64,000 bases of DNA from an uncultured virus (IMG/VR IMGVR_UViG_2851443076_000002) (IMGVR_UViG_2851443076_000002:1-64000), one strand, 5' to 3'; positions 13,001 to 21,452 are shown, counted from the first letter of the stretch. A program made the numbers and translations. Notes: generated by a model from the letters alone, not told the origin.

Positions 13001-15242
13001 GCGTATCTCCGGAGCCGGTCGGGAACTCCCAGCTAACCTGGACCCCATGAACCAGCGTACGGGTTGCCAGCGCCAGCGGTGCCAGCGGCTCGCCGACCTT
13101 GCCGGTCAGGGTTTTCTCTTCGGAATACGCCCAGCCGCTCGAGATCTCCGCCGCATTGATCGCGCGGACGCGAACCAGGTAACGACCGGCATAAATGCCG
13201 CTGACCTCAAACGAGGTGGTCGAGCTGCGCGGCACATTAATCCAGTTCCCGTCGTTACGGCGCCACTGCGCCTCGTAGGCAATAGCGCCGCTGACCGCTG
13301 ACCAGTTAACCTGCATCGTTTCGACGCTGATCCCCTGATTCACGACCGAGCGGGATGTGATGACAATATCGTCAGGAGGTGACTGGTTGCCCGCCGGCAA
13401 TACGCTAACCGGGCGCTGGTCGATAATAGCGCCGGTATCGATGCGGGGGAATTTATCCGGGTCATGTGCCACGCCGGTGATCGTGAGGGTGGCATCGCTG
13501 TTCTCTTTTACCCCTGTAACCCGGTACTGCTGCAGGAAGAGGTCATCGGATTCAATGGCCCAGACGCATTCCCGTTCTGGTGTCTCACTGTACGCCGTTG
13601 TGACCGTAATCTGCCGGCGTCCGTTAACAGCCTGAATTGTCCGGCTCTGTGAGATCCCGGATGGCAGGTTTAGCTGGAGGCGGTCTCCAGGTTTGGCATC
13701 CACATCACGATCCAGCGTAATCACCCGGCCATTCACCGCGCTGATTCGCCCGCCGTTGACCCGTCCGGCCAGCAACTCATCCGCCAGGGCAATGATATAA
13801 CCGGGTTGAGGAATGCGACCGTCCAGCCCGACATCAATTTCGACCATGCGGTCCTTATTGTTGGTCAGTATGCCCCACAGCCCCTTACGGTGGGCTTCGC
13901 TCTGGCGCGTACAGCCAATCGCCGTCATTTCGAGCTGGTTAAAACTGTAGCGGGAAACCAGTTCCGGGATAAATGCCGGCTCCATTGCATCAGCATAAGC
14001 ATTATCCGGATCAGACCAGGAAACCAGGGCGTTGGTGTACCGAACCTGGCTGCTGCTGCTCGAATAACGGGGTTTGCCGATAATATTGGCGCGCGTATAG
14101 GTAAAATCGACATCACGCGGCATATCAGCCTGCACAACAATCTGCTCACCGTTCCAGCAGGTCATGCCCCGGAAAATGGCGGCAAAGTCTCGCAGCACGG
14201 TGTAAGCATCGTTGCGTTCCTGGACATAGACGTTACAGGTATAGCGCGGCTCCATGCCGTCACCACCGCGCCCGTCAGGAACCAGCTGATCGCAGTACTG
14301 TGCAATCTGGTACAACGTCCATTTCGAAATATTGGCGCTGCTCAGACGATTACCGAGACCAAAACGGTCAGCTATAACAATGTCGTAATAGATCCAGGCC
14401 GGGTTATCCGTCCAGGCCCATTTAAACCCGCCGGTCCAGACGCCGGTATATTCGCGGGTTTCCGGATTGTAGTTATCCGGCACACGAATCACGCGCCCAC
14501 GCGGCTCACAGGAAATTTGCGGAATGGAGCCATTAAACTGGCTGGAGTCGAACTCGATATAAAGCAGCGCGGTGTTGGGATAACGCAGCTTCGCGTCAAT
14601 CACTTCGGTATAGCTCTGCAGCGTCATCACGTCGCCAACTTTGACACTGTTTGCATCCGGAGAGATTTTACGCAGGCGTAGCGTCCAGGTACTGCCGGCC
14701 TGGGGCAGATCAATACGATGGCTCCGCTCATAACCGGAGGTGGTTTTACCCGTGACAGCGGTTTCCAGCACCGTTTGCCAGGCGCCGCCGTCGGTCTGCA
14801 GGTCAATCGCATACTTGACGGTATTGCCCACCACGTCGCCGTCATCTTCCTGTTTCATCAGGGACGGCCATTTCAGGCGGACACGAACGGCAGAAAGCTG
14901 GGTATTAGTAAAGGTATGGGTCCAGGCTGTCTTGCTGGAAACTTCCGTTCCCACACTGATTTCATTTTCAGTGCCGGGAATACCCTGAATATAAGTCTGA
15001 GCCTGCGTGCCGGGTCGAAATTCCCAGGACACGCCACTGAAGTTTTGCGAACCATCAGCATTTTCAAGCGGGGTGCCATCAAGATAAATATCTTTACCGG
15101 TTAAACCACCTGCAAATTCACCCTCACCTAATGCGAGCAGAATTTTGGCTTTCGCAACGGACTGTAAATCATCCGGCTGTTCCGTCGGTGTACGCTGCTT
15201 TGAGCCGCCACCCTTGCGCCCTTTAATTATGTTATTTGCCAT
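4026..15242 (-). CDS. J: Giant central tail fibre / host specificity protein J (~3,738 aa) with FN3, multiple carbohydrate-binding-like modules, an ILEI/GG-type lectin-like domain and a DUF1983-like C-terminus
   Basis: Lambda-J-like N-terminus (IKGRKGGG, WTDNPAW); repeated NL..N/DxxFE module starts separated by coiled-coil linkers; start placed at MANNIIK. Confidence 0.9.
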   Translation of the reverse strand: MANNIIKGRKGGGSKQRTPTEQPDDLQSVAKAKILLALGEGEFAGGLTGKDIYLDGTPLENADGSQNFSGVSWEFRPGTQAQTYIQGIPGTENEISVGTEVSSKTAWTHTFTNTQLSAVRVRLKWPSLMKQEDDGDVVGNTVKYAIDLQTDGGAWQTVLETAVTGKTTSGYERSHRIDLPQAGSTWTLRLRKISPDANSVKVGDVMTLQSYTEVIDAKLRYPNTALLYIEFDSSQFNGSIPQISCEPRGRVIRVPDNYNPETREYTGVWTGGFKWAWTDNPAWIYYDIVIADRFGLGNRLSSANISKWTLYQIAQYCDQLVPDGRGGDGMEPRYTCNVYVQERNDAYTVLRDFAAIFRGMTCWNGEQIVVQADMPRDVDFTYTRANIIGKPRYSSSSSQVRYTNALVSWSDPDNAYADAMEPAFIPELVSRYSFNQLEMTAIGCTRQSEAHRKGLWGILTNNKDRMVEIDVGLDGRIPQPGYIIALADELLAGRVNGGRISAVNGRVITLDRDVDAKPGDRLQLNLPSGISQSRTIQAVNGRRQITVTTAYSETPERECVWAIESDDLFLQQYRVTGVKENSDATLTITGVAHDPDKFPRIDTGAIIDQRPVSVLPAGNQSPPDDIVITSRSVVNQGISVETMQVNWSAVSGAIAYEAQWRRNDGNWINVPRSSTTSFEVSGIYAGRYLVRVRAINAAEISSGWAYSEEKTLTGKVGEPLAPLALATRTLVHGVQVSWEFPTGSGDTLRTELQYSKNQDGSAPMPLSDVAYPGKSYQQMGLSMGAEFWYRARLVDRLGNESPWTGWVQGMASDNFDDYYENLTDAIKDTDAWEETQRTISETQEGIRNTQQELEQTAEELRQEAADQAKQVSQDIDASAKSITADVDGKIFAVNKTITDELTSVNESLDSGLAQANKGIQEAKSAVADANQQIAILSKSLADGDAALNAQIKTAENGLKQSLSQVNTTLTNAVKQETADRIADVNAKAAQAADELLAATQGIEASIESLTQVMKSADENLAREMSSLAAGANIQFDSQVIWHFNNQTTEGWTGSAGVPGVSQDGWLRPADSATDPYITSPGGLAVDGAAYRFIMLRFRKTGKPVWAGEIRWVSAGENFNNTKRYIVAEPEYADGVATLTVRDIPWTGNIDRIRLDLTNQQDASNFIEFDWIAVGRPAPGASTAALQDVRSTLSNALTAEAQARSTLAAQMRGSYDGSDLEKVTSGLLYQEKTARVTAISAEVKARESLQTQFNDNKAAVSGELSSLTTEQNAQASRIGGLETSLGKKADAAALTSLTQKVEQQGATLTSQGAALTSLTNRVGQTETGLAGTNEALSGLQSVVTQQGDRITSQGQSITKLTSDLGTTNAALAKKAEASAVTALTQQVEQNGQDIRSNTDSITSLSNQLVNGQPNSWSRRIYPVELANAGTVPSFSDIRAVAPVVVDEAADAAKLDFTSAGSYLIALYSCQVKVAADTTITMAPGNRVFDDTGAVFVNGVQVAWGNASWTTVSFDLKAGWNTVEFLVNQWTGQAYINLGLKLSDKVAEMYSGLGVSALANAAGVLSSNVSQIGNDVVSNSQSITQLRNALTQTDANVASKADQTAMNSLTGRVEKTESGLTAANANITSLKSAVRAGNASGGDLIPNPTFDPTYDQMGFSVVSTTAEDVPSGCPYGYAARIASRDHHPNFAAFPATLNDVIEISALVACGAGTANFNLYVGTAVRPDTSTGAPLMAGGGKSPSATWQRTTWRFKVTQAMVDRGYIRPFLQISQNSPYGTVWFVTDWHMRNVTAVQKVQDTADATAAAVDSLTTTVTQQGNLLTSTGNRTTQLENGLATTNAAVAKKADATAVQDLTNTVKQLGNDLTAANSAITKLTGNLANTDKALAQKADATALATLDTKVTQQGKTLESQSNSLTNLSNSLSQVAADIDASGQIPGNLVVNPSFERGLDGYTGRSTATSVVEVSAPHSGTRALKVDPGSVSPGQYIPFVQGRTYEIGVWVKEPGATTDNGAGNNKLRIGNSAGQPVFERPYNSGTVGTNWTLISGRWKATETASLPVTMSNYLISGSRYFDDFYVTDVTDRVDIDATAGAVTGLTNRVSTAEGHITSQSQQLTNLQNSLNTTNAALAKKAEASAVTALTQQVEQNGQNIRSNTDSITSLSNQLVNGQPNSWSRRIYPVQLANAGTVPSFSDIRAVAPVVVDEVADAAKLDFTSAGSYLIALYSCQVKVAADTTITMAPGNRIFDDTGAVFVNGVQVAWGNASWTTGSFELKVGWNTVEFLVNQWTGQAYINLGLKLSDKVAEMYSGLGVSALANAAGVLSSNVSQIGNDVVSNSQSITQLRNALTQTDANVASKADQTAMNSLTGRVEKTESGLTAANSNITSLSSSLSQQSKRGANLLPDGTFESYAVGHNLANNRAIVTTDDSHGGNKCIRVTRPNDYNTNATDNTDTHIFSGFQVRDNAVFYMECWVKLDAKSTAMAENVQISVGLSLQYQDNSWQWPAVTKAAKDLSSTKWTKVSGYLKSTKSGIKQAMVRISIPNVSSVKAGNSFLIDDLVITEVTDAYNAQSTADANANAISTLNSTVSQQGDQITSQGNSITKLTNDLATTNNNVSNKADANALTALTNRVTQTEKDINSTSSSVTNLNNKVDSISVGGTNLIKNSGDMTGWSNVTSETYRGNAVIGATVKAGSGYKDLREITLESPVDAGEYVYSFYAKGGVAGQTMTAFFYNPNTTTSIETSQGAKGNNTDGRAYFTLTTSWARYWVKWKQTPTTGTKRLILCRIESNTSKDQTVCINSPKFEVGNVVSDWNESPSDSASASAVDLLTTAVNQQGTSISSIGNRTTSLENGLSTAQNNIARKADASALQDLRNTVTSQGGDLTAANSSITSLQASMNRRTVFTVTARGNGNSVTPGVFDESGKNLFTPGRSWALVTFAKHSNGSTVIATSKTYDVFGSANNGATMSADIEALASGTYVCVLTFDEPSGNRGKILSALESLGGTSEVVNSLPYRGAYILLGRKGMRSGDGLELRAPTGGDATAHISTSVEFVNGIMMGLGAAGGVMMKADANASAITTLQNTVKTQGGNIDSLSSSITALENSLRSTNDTVSKKADTTAVSSLTGRVSQVENTITSQSQSITSLTSSINTISTQGANPWVDGTFESYSDGQVLGGNGTAVVVASQKFTGDKSLKLRRDENNGGNSDKQLGTWQSVREDAKFRFEFWAMMPADQAPSSGWTTLVGIQSQNAAGQNAWQAAVTVSEASLGARDKWVKFTGIASNNGAGRTRAVVWISTRGATGNGTPGYSLYIDDLVITDVTDAKAAQDASDATASAVSGLTARVTDAEGKITAQAQQQTALATKVDNANSRVDNMAKTLSDSQSTQASLNTSLQSQIDAQAAANIKNQTTLDNTIKSVASITSTQQTHATALEALATQQTTLTSSVGDLSASVQNTAKTVADVNGTVSSLWSMKVETVNGKNVGAGITLGSNGETSDMILYADRFSLFNRNNATAVPVMIAEGNELYIDTARIKNSSLTSTKIADGSITNAKIGNEIRSNDFVDGSRGWRIAKDGSSQFNNVIVRGRVEATSGVFRGTVQADAFIGDIAVAKSYDSLTFRRNQTVQRNGAYQNRGYSMTVVLACTLVCQTYGTGNGLGYTSDITFNIGGQEVTRRIFVDAGNITAGTTAFELRFAARLDADYNNVGFFIKATGRTAAIDYTCTVENITATAFRTDSSSFS
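8128..8880. repeat. ~750-bp near-identical direct repeat inside J, copy A
   Basis: Matches 10399-11151 with scattered substitutions; offset 2271 bp (757 codons). Confidence 0.9.
10399..11151. repeat. ~750-bp near-identical direct repeat inside J, copy B
   Basis: Both copies encode AALAKKAEASAV...WSRRIYPV...GWNTVEFL...RVEKTES. Confidence 0.9.
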
Positions 15243-15253
15243 ATTACGCCCAT

Positions 15254-15277
15254 AAAAAAAAGCCACCGCAAGGTGGC
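15254..15277 (-). terminator. Intrinsic terminator between I and J
   Basis: GCCACC-GCAA-GGTGGC preceded by an A-run on +. Confidence 0.6.
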
Positions 15278-15305
15278 CTGAATTGGATGGTTTACTGAAT
15301 AAAAC

Positions 15306-15917
15306 TTATTGCTGGTCTTCTACGTAAATACCGGCAGATATAATGGCGCCGCCAATTCGGCGTTTGCCATAAAGCAAAGGGACCGGGTATCCCTGAGAGG
15401 CAGTATTCGTCACGCCCCCAAAGGCGTAGGACGCTTTATTGTCAGCGGATTCTTTTCGTGCCAGGCCAGCTGGCTGTGGAGAAAGCATCTGAACGACGCC
15501 GCCGAGCATCATGGCGCCGCCAGCCAACCCGACATTCCACGCAGTGCCTGCGGCTAAAGCACCGGCGCCGGCAGGTCCAAGCATAACGGCAGCAGCTATG
15601 ATTACTGCGCCAAGGATAGTCTGCAATACCCCTGCTTTTTTACTGCCAATAACAACAGGGACTATTTTTATAGTTTCATCATTAACAGGATAAGAAAAAT
15701 CATTTAGCCCTATATTTTTCCCGTTCTTGAATATCGCAAAAGTCAATCCTCGTTCTTTCGCTTTATTCATGAACATTTCAAAGCCACTGATCGTACAGCA
15801 AAGCGCCTGAATAGCTTCATTTGTAGTGGCTACTAGGCGCTTATGTTTTTTACCAAATCGCTTTCCTAATTCACCGCTCAGCTCAATATTAACCATTGAC
15901 TCCTGAACTGTAATCAT
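15306..15917 (-). CDS. I: Tail assembly protein I (helper prophage)
   Basis: IELSGELGKRFG...IVPVVIGSKKAG...PVPLLYGKRRIGGAIISAG; position between K and J. Confidence 0.9.
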   Translation of the reverse strand: MITVQESMVNIELSGELGKRFGKKHKRLVATTNEAIQALCCTISGFEMFMNKAKERGLTFAIFKNGKNIGLNDFSYPVNDETIKIVPVVIGSKKAGVLQTILGAVIIAAAVMLGPAGAGALAAGTAWNVGLAGGAMMLGGVVQMLSPQPAGLARKESADNKASYAFGGVTNTASQGYPVPLLYGKRRIGGAIISAGIYVEDQQ

Positions 15918-15932
15918 AAAACCACACCTTTT

Positions 15933-16283
15933 TTATATGCATGATTTGATCACCGATTTCATTTCAGCGCTTCTTCTGGCATTTTGAGAGAAGTAAATAA
16001 CTTTACTTTTCCCATCTTGGTCAGGAATCACATCTGCAACCCAAGTATATACGTCTATATAGACAGTCTTACCGTTTTTATAAGGCTGAATATATACCGG
16101 GACAGGTCCTGTTAGAAAACTTTTTTCCTGCCAGCCTGATAAAATGCACTCAGAAACATCATTCACATTCTTATTCGAATGAAATATTTCTTCCGGACCA
16201 CTCTGACGGACTTCCGACGGTGACTTACAACCAGTAAGAATGAATGCCCCGATAATAATCGGCAATGCTAAAATAATTTTCAC
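15933..16283 (-). CDS. Moron lipoprotein between K and I
   Basis: Signal peptide with lipobox LTGC; AT-rich relative to the flanking tail genes. Confidence 0.75.
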   Translation of the reverse strand: MKIILALPIIIGAFILTGCKSPSEVRQSGPEEIFHSNKNVNDVSECILSGWQEKSFLTGPVPVYIQPYKNGKTVYIDVYTWVADVIPDQDGKSKVIYFSQNARRSAEMKSVIKSCI

Positions 16284-16314
16284 TAATTCATCTCCTTTTA
16301 AAGAAGACGAAATA

Positions 16315-17025
16315 TTAACATAGAGACTTATACCGAACGACCTTCATCGTCCTTTCCATCCAGTACCCACCATACGGCACGCGCTTGCTGAGATGGCCAT
16401 ACAGGTGATGCAGCAGCAGGTTCCCTTCCAGCAGAATCCCGGCGTGGTTCCACTTATCCGCCTGCACCTGCATGATCACCATATCACCCGGTTGCGGTGG
16501 ACCATCAAACTCACGGAACCCGCATTCATACCAGCAGTCCTGATAAAAATTGTCCGGATACTCCTTTTCCCACCACGGATAATCGACGCGGTAATCGTGC
16601 AGCTCGATGCCGTGGGTTTGCCGAAAATAGCTCATCACCAGGCCCCAGCAATCGTAGTGGCCCAGCACGAATGGTCGTTCGAGGAGCGGCAACTCACCAC
16701 GCGGGTGGATGGTACGGAGATCGCCTTCTGGCCAGCTGATAATATGCCAGGGGAGAAGGGTCGCGTCGCATTGCGCTTTATCCAGTTCGCTCGGCTGGGT
16801 GGTGGCATCAGGATGGCTGTGAACAATACCGGTGATCGTTCCCCATTCCTCAACCTCCGCATAATCCTCCGGCGCCAGCACAAAATTATCTTTCGACTCT
16901 GTGGCCAGGTTCCGGCAGGGGAAATAACGCTCCGCTCGGCCCCTCTGGGCGACGAGGCCGCAGGCCTCGCGCGGATACTCTGCGGCCGCATGTTCCTGGA
17001 TGGCCTTAATCGTTTTCTGACGCAT
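16315..17025 (-). CDS. K: Tail assembly protein K (JAB + NlpC/P60)
   Basis: EACG, HSHPD...PSELD (JAB); DCWGL...HAGI...HH (NlpC/P60). Confidence 0.92.
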   Translation of the reverse strand: MRQKTIKAIQEHAAAEYPREACGLVAQRGRAERYFPCRNLATESKDNFVLAPEDYAEVEEWGTITGIVHSHPDATTQPSELDKAQCDATLLPWHIISWPEGDLRTIHPRGELPLLERPFVLGHYDCWGLVMSYFRQTHGIELHDYRVDYPWWEKEYPDNFYQDCWYECGFREFDGPPQPGDMVIMQVQADKWNHAGILLEGNLLLHHLYGHLSKRVPYGGYWMERTMKVVRYKSLC

Positions 17026-17026
17026 A

Positions 17027-17782
17027 TCAGCTCCTGATTAATGAGGTGCCGGGAAACCCGCCAAACGGCAGTTCACTATTCTCACCATGACGTAATTTGC
17101 AGGCCGTGAGCGTTCCGTTGCAGACATCCTGCGACGGGTCATCAACTGGCTGATTGTTCCTGTCAAAATACCGGGTGCCGGCATAGTCGCACCCGTTACC
17201 ACTGCGGTACTGATTGCGGATACACCAGGTGCAAATCGCATGCAGCTGGCGAGTGGGGATCATCATCCCCTGAAGGGCAAACGGGCTGGAGAGAGTAAAT
17301 TCCACCTTCTCATCGTCTTCATAATGCTTTACGTCAATGAAGAAAAGGCGCCGTTTCTCCTGAGTCGGATCAGCTGAGGCATTCCCGTCCGGAAAGTTCT
17401 TCGCATCAAGATACTGTTTTTGCGTGTCGTGGATGACAACCCGCGCCAGAGCCAGATCGTCGTAATGAAGACAGAGCGCGGATATCTTCCCGTCGATGTT
17501 CCCTACCCGCAGCGTTGGCTGCGCGTCACTGCCCGTGGTGGAGGACTCGATCCCTTCGATTTCACATGGCCAGGCTTTATACTCCCGCCCCTGCCACCAG
17601 ATGCTTTTCGCCGGCAGCTTATCCAGGTCGCCGCCAGCGGCGAGGATTTCGGCTGCAGTATGGGGAACGTTATAGCCGTGGAAATACAAAACCTCATCCA
17701 GGCCAAACGCCTGGCCATCGATCTCCAGGAGACGAACCTCATCGCCTGGCTCTAACTTCTGATAATTCGCGTTAAGGCTCAT
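17027..17782 (-). CDS. L: Minor tail protein L
   Basis: Cys-rich C-terminus (CTWC, GCDY, DVC, AC) and PFGGFPG. Confidence 0.92.
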   Translation of the reverse strand: MSLNANYQKLEPGDEVRLLEIDGQAFGLDEVLYFHGYNVPHTAAEILAAGGDLDKLPAKSIWWQGREYKAWPCEIEGIESSTTGSDAQPTLRVGNIDGKISALCLHYDDLALARVVIHDTQKQYLDAKNFPDGNASADPTQEKRRLFFIDVKHYEDDEKVEFTLSSPFALQGMMIPTRQLHAICTWCIRNQYRSGNGCDYAGTRYFDRNNQPVDDPSQDVCNGTLTACKLRHGENSELPFGGFPGTSLIRS

Positions 17783-18120
17783 GGTTTAAATGCCTGAATA
17801 AAAGTGGCTGAAAGTGAGTAATTTCCGCCGCCCAGCGGCACCGGTTTGTATTGTTCGCAGCGGTAAAGCCCCACCTCTTCCAGAGGCGGGGTCCACTGAA
17901 ACGCGCGGGTGCCGGCATGACGGTCGAAGAACTGCTTAATCGGACGGATATAGTCCTCCGTACCGACAAAACTCAGCTCCCAATCCTGTGATCGGGTGTT
18001 AATACCATCGCCGGATACCTGCGCATACCCCTCACCGAACTGCGCCTTCCGGACACGAAAGTTAACGGTCTGCTGGGGATTAACCCGCGGACTCCAGGTG
18101 AATATCTCAATAGCCATCAA
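17779..18120 (-). CDS. M: Minor tail protein M
   Basis: FTW...AQFGEGYAQ...AFQWTPP; follows the tape measure gene. Confidence 0.9.
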   Translation of the reverse strand: MMAIEIFTWSPRVNPQQTVNFRVRKAQFGEGYAQVSGDGINTRSQDWELSFVGTEDYIRPIKQFFDRHAGTRAFQWTPPLEEVGLYRCEQYKPVPLGGGNYSLSATFIQAFKP

Positions 18121-21100
18121 CGTTGCCCTTTAACTGCATTCCAGACCATCCCGCCAGGTCGCATATCCTGCGCCATCAGCTCCCTGTATTTTTTCTCCAC
18201 AAACGAGCCGATCTGCTGGCCAAACTGCTCAAAACCAGACGGCGCCTGCGTTGAGGTGTTTCCGCCTTCAATCGTGATATAGACTTTTGGCCCTTCCGAC
18301 GCGCCGGCGTTCTGAACACCACCGACAGCGCGTACACCCAGCGAACCATCGCCGGCACGCGTCAGCGGCATGATGGCCTCCGGCCCGGCCTCGCCAAATA
18401 CGCCGGCCCCTTTTGCGAAAGCGAAGAACTGCGGAGAGTCGTAGACCTGGTTGCTGTATGCGCTCAGCGACGGTGAGTCGTAAACGCCGCCTTTGGCGTT
18501 GAACTGGAAGTTACTGGCGGCATTCTGGATCGCCGTCCCCGAGCCTGCGCCCGCAGCGCCCGTGACAACGCTGGTCCCGACGCCCACCACGCCCATAATG
18601 GTTTGCATGACGGAACTGGTGACCAGCGCCTGAGCGGCCATATCAACGAGGTTTTTTATGATCGACTGCGTGAGCGAGGAAAACAGGTCAGCCATGTTCT
18701 CCTTAAAGCTTCTCGTCCGCGTCAGCATGCTCGTCAGGAAGTTGCTTGAGCGCTCATGGGCCGTTTCAAATAACCCGACGGCCAGGCTCTGGAATTCTCC
18801 CTGTGATCGGTATAACTCCAGTGACGTCTGATACTGCGCATCGGCGGATTCTTTCGTCGCCTTCTGCATCAGCATTTCGTACTGTTCTTTGCTGATCGCG
18901 CTGCCCTGGTAGTACGCCTGCAGCAATGCCTGCCGCTGCGCAAGCTGATTGCGCAGCGAGACCAGTGGATCAACTTCGCCGGCGATATCCAGTGCCGGCG
19001 CAGCGATTTCATCGGCATGCGCCTGCAGCAGCTCTTTCGCAGTATCTCTGGCCAGCGTTATTCGTGCGGCCTGGTACTCTTTTTCATCAAGAAGGCGGGC
19101 TTTGAAAAGCTCAGCCAGGTCCCGGCTGGCTTCCTGCTCTTTTCGCAGGGTTTCCTGGGCGGGGGAATACTGCACGGCCAGATCCAGTCGCTGTTTCTGG
19201 TAGTTCTCTGCATTCATTAACAGCACGCGCTGCAGGTCAGCATCACTGGCGCCATTTTTCTTCGCCGCTTCCTGCAGCTCCCTGTTGCTGTCCTTTTCCT
19301 GCAGGTTAATTCTGGCCAGGCTGGATGCATGGGCTTCTTCAATTTGCTGCCGCAGCGTTTTGAACTGGTCGACCTGGGACTTACTGCCTTTCCCCGTGCC
19401 GGTACCGCCATCGCCGCCCCAGGGATTTCCATCTCCGGTCTCTTTGGGGGGCGTGCTTAACGCTCCTTTCAGATCGTCCGTAAGGGAGGTTATTTTTCCC
19501 GATAAACCCAGCTGAGCCAGTGTTTTTGCATCACTGACACGCTTAATGTTTTCCTCGGTTTTGCGGAGTCCCTCGTTAACGCTATCGAGATCCGCCCGCG
19601 CCCGCATCTGGTCTTTTGTCACCCCTTCCAGCTGGCCGAAGGGGTCAAACCCTTTCAGGCTGTCGATACGACTGTCGGCATCCTGAATCTCTTTTATCAG
19701 CTGGTTACGCTGCACGACCTGGTTTTCGTACTTATCCTCCAGGTCGAACTGCTTCACATTTAACTGGTTAAGCGAGAGGCGCATCAGCGCTTCACTGGTT
19801 TCCACTACGGCATCTTTTAAATCAATGGCCGATTGCCGGGCTTCTTTTGCTTGTTGATGGAAATACAGTAATGCAGAGCCAGCCAGCGTCGCCGCGCCAA
19901 CCGGACCACCAACAAAAGCCAGGGCGCCTCTTGCCAGGCCCACCGCAACGGAGGCCGCACGGGCTGATATCGACAATTGCCGGTTTGCCGCTGCCAGTTT
20001 CAGTTTCGCCTGGCTGGCCAGATTGGTTTGCTCAGTTTCCTGTCGAATGAGGCGGGTAAACTCATCCTGGTAACTGATATTCATCCCGTACTGTTTAGCC
20101 GTCCGCTCCATCTGCCGGTAGTGGCCAAACTCGGCGTCGTTCTGTTTCAGGATGGCAGCTGTCGAATCCAGCGTTTTGCGGGCAATATCCGCATCAGCCT
20201 GCGCCCGCGCTTTTACCGCCGCCTGGCTTTCCCGCCAGGCCGCGATATTCTCCCGCAGCCCTGCAGTCAGTTTCGTGGATAACACGGGGATCAGGCTGTA
20301 AAGCGCCACGCTGGAGACGGTGTTGAAATTGTCTGCCAGGCTGTTCAGTGCCTCCGTGGCAACCTGAATCCCGCTGCGGAGTGGCCCGTTACTGCTCTGG
20401 CCGATCTTAATGACCATCCCTTCAAACGCACTGCTCAGCCCCAGCAAATCGCCGTTCAGGTTGTTAACCCTGATGGATGCCTGCTCATGCGCCGTTTTGG
20501 TTCCGGTCAGGGAAGCGGTCAGCTCATCAAGCTTTGAACGGTTCTGGACCAGGATAGACGCCGCATTCAGATTCTCCACGCCAAACAGTTTTACGGCCTG
20601 GGCCGTGGAAAGATTTTTCCCGGAAAGATTGGTCAGCGCCTGGCTGAGACCAACCACGGACGGCTTGAGGCTCTTGTCCGTGCCCTTTTCCAGGTTCAGG
20701 ATGACGTTACGCAGCGCCGTGCCGGCTTCACCGCCTTTAATTTCACGCTCTGCCAGCACCTGAATCGCGGCATTCAGCTGCTCAAAACCAACGCCGGCCT
20801 GTGCGGCTGCGACGCCACCATTTTTAATGGCGGCCGCTGTATCCACAATCTCCGACGACCCGTACTTCGCGCCGGCGGCCAGCACGTTGATATAACGATC
20901 CGCCTCCTGCGCGCTCGCCCCGTACTGGTTTAAGGAGAGCGCCAGCGTTCTGGTCGCATCGGGCAGCGTTGTGCCGGCGGCCTGCGCCAGGATAAGCGCG
21001 CTGTTCGTAGCCTTCTGCAGTCCATCGGACGTTTTTAAAAGCTCCGGTTTAGCCGACGCCATCAGCTTTAGCGCCTCGGCGGCCTGGCTGGCGCTGTATT

Positions 21101-21452
21101 CTGTCGTGCGCCCCATTTCCTGCGCAGCCAGATCCAGAGCTTTCATTTCAGCTGCAGTCGCACCGGTGATGGCCTGCAGGTCTGATAATGCCTGTCCATA
21201 TTGTCTGGACGTGGTGACGATCGTGCCGATGGAAAGGCCGGCTCCTGCCAGCCCCGCCAGCCGGCTGGCCATCCCGGATATCGACAGACCGACCTTCTTA
21301 TAGGCGTCCTCCGTCTTTTTCGCGTCCGCCTGGGCATTACGGTTAAACCGTCGTGACTGGTTCTCCGCATCGCCATACGCTCCCAGCAGCTGGGATTTAA
21401 AACTGGCTGCGTTCAGGTGCAGCCCGACCGCTAAAGATGCGACGTCTGCCAT
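18117..21452 (-). CDS. H: Tail tape measure protein
   Basis: Ala-rich TP901-type core and lambda-H-like C-terminus (GEAGPEAIMPL); ATG overlaps the upstream TAA (TAATG at 21450-21454). Confidence 0.92.
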   Translation of the reverse strand: MADVASLAVGLHLNAASFKSQLLGAYGDAENQSRRFNRNAQADAKKTEDAYKKVGLSISGMASRLAGLAGAGLSIGTIVTTSRQYGQALSDLQAITGATAAEMKALDLAAQEMGRTTEYSASQAAEALKLMASAKPELLKTSDGLQKATNSALILAQAAGTTLPDATRTLALSLNQYGASAQEADRYINVLAAGAKYGSSEIVDTAAAIKNGGVAAAQAGVGFEQLNAAIQVLAEREIKGGEAGTALRNVILNLEKGTDKSLKPSVVGLSQALTNLSGKNLSTAQAVKLFGVENLNAASILVQNRSKLDELTASLTGTKTAHEQASIRVNNLNGDLLGLSSAFEGMVIKIGQSSNGPLRSGIQVATEALNSLADNFNTVSSVALYSLIPVLSTKLTAGLRENIAAWRESQAAVKARAQADADIARKTLDSTAAILKQNDAEFGHYRQMERTAKQYGMNISYQDEFTRLIRQETEQTNLASQAKLKLAAANRQLSISARAASVAVGLARGALAFVGGPVGAATLAGSALLYFHQQAKEARQSAIDLKDAVVETSEALMRLSLNQLNVKQFDLEDKYENQVVQRNQLIKEIQDADSRIDSLKGFDPFGQLEGVTKDQMRARADLDSVNEGLRKTEENIKRVSDAKTLAQLGLSGKITSLTDDLKGALSTPPKETGDGNPWGGDGGTGTGKGSKSQVDQFKTLRQQIEEAHASSLARINLQEKDSNRELQEAAKKNGASDADLQRVLLMNAENYQKQRLDLAVQYSPAQETLRKEQEASRDLAELFKARLLDEKEYQAARITLARDTAKELLQAHADEIAAPALDIAGEVDPLVSLRNQLAQRQALLQAYYQGSAISKEQYEMLMQKATKESADAQYQTSLELYRSQGEFQSLAVGLFETAHERSSNFLTSMLTRTRSFKENMADLFSSLTQSIIKNLVDMAAQALVTSSVMQTIMGVVGVGTSVVTGAAGAGSGTAIQNAASNFQFNAKGGVYDSPSLSAYSNQVYDSPQFFAFAKGAGVFGEAGPEAIMPLTRAGDGSLGVRAVGGVQNAGASEGPKVYITIEGGNTSTQAPSGFEQFGQQIGSFVEKKYRELMAQDMRPGGMVWNAVKGQR

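Noticed and set aside
4026..15242. DGR or invertible tail-fibre cassette
   Set aside because: No reverse transcriptase or invertase in the window; the repeats are direct and long, and I saw no clear adenine-specific pattern
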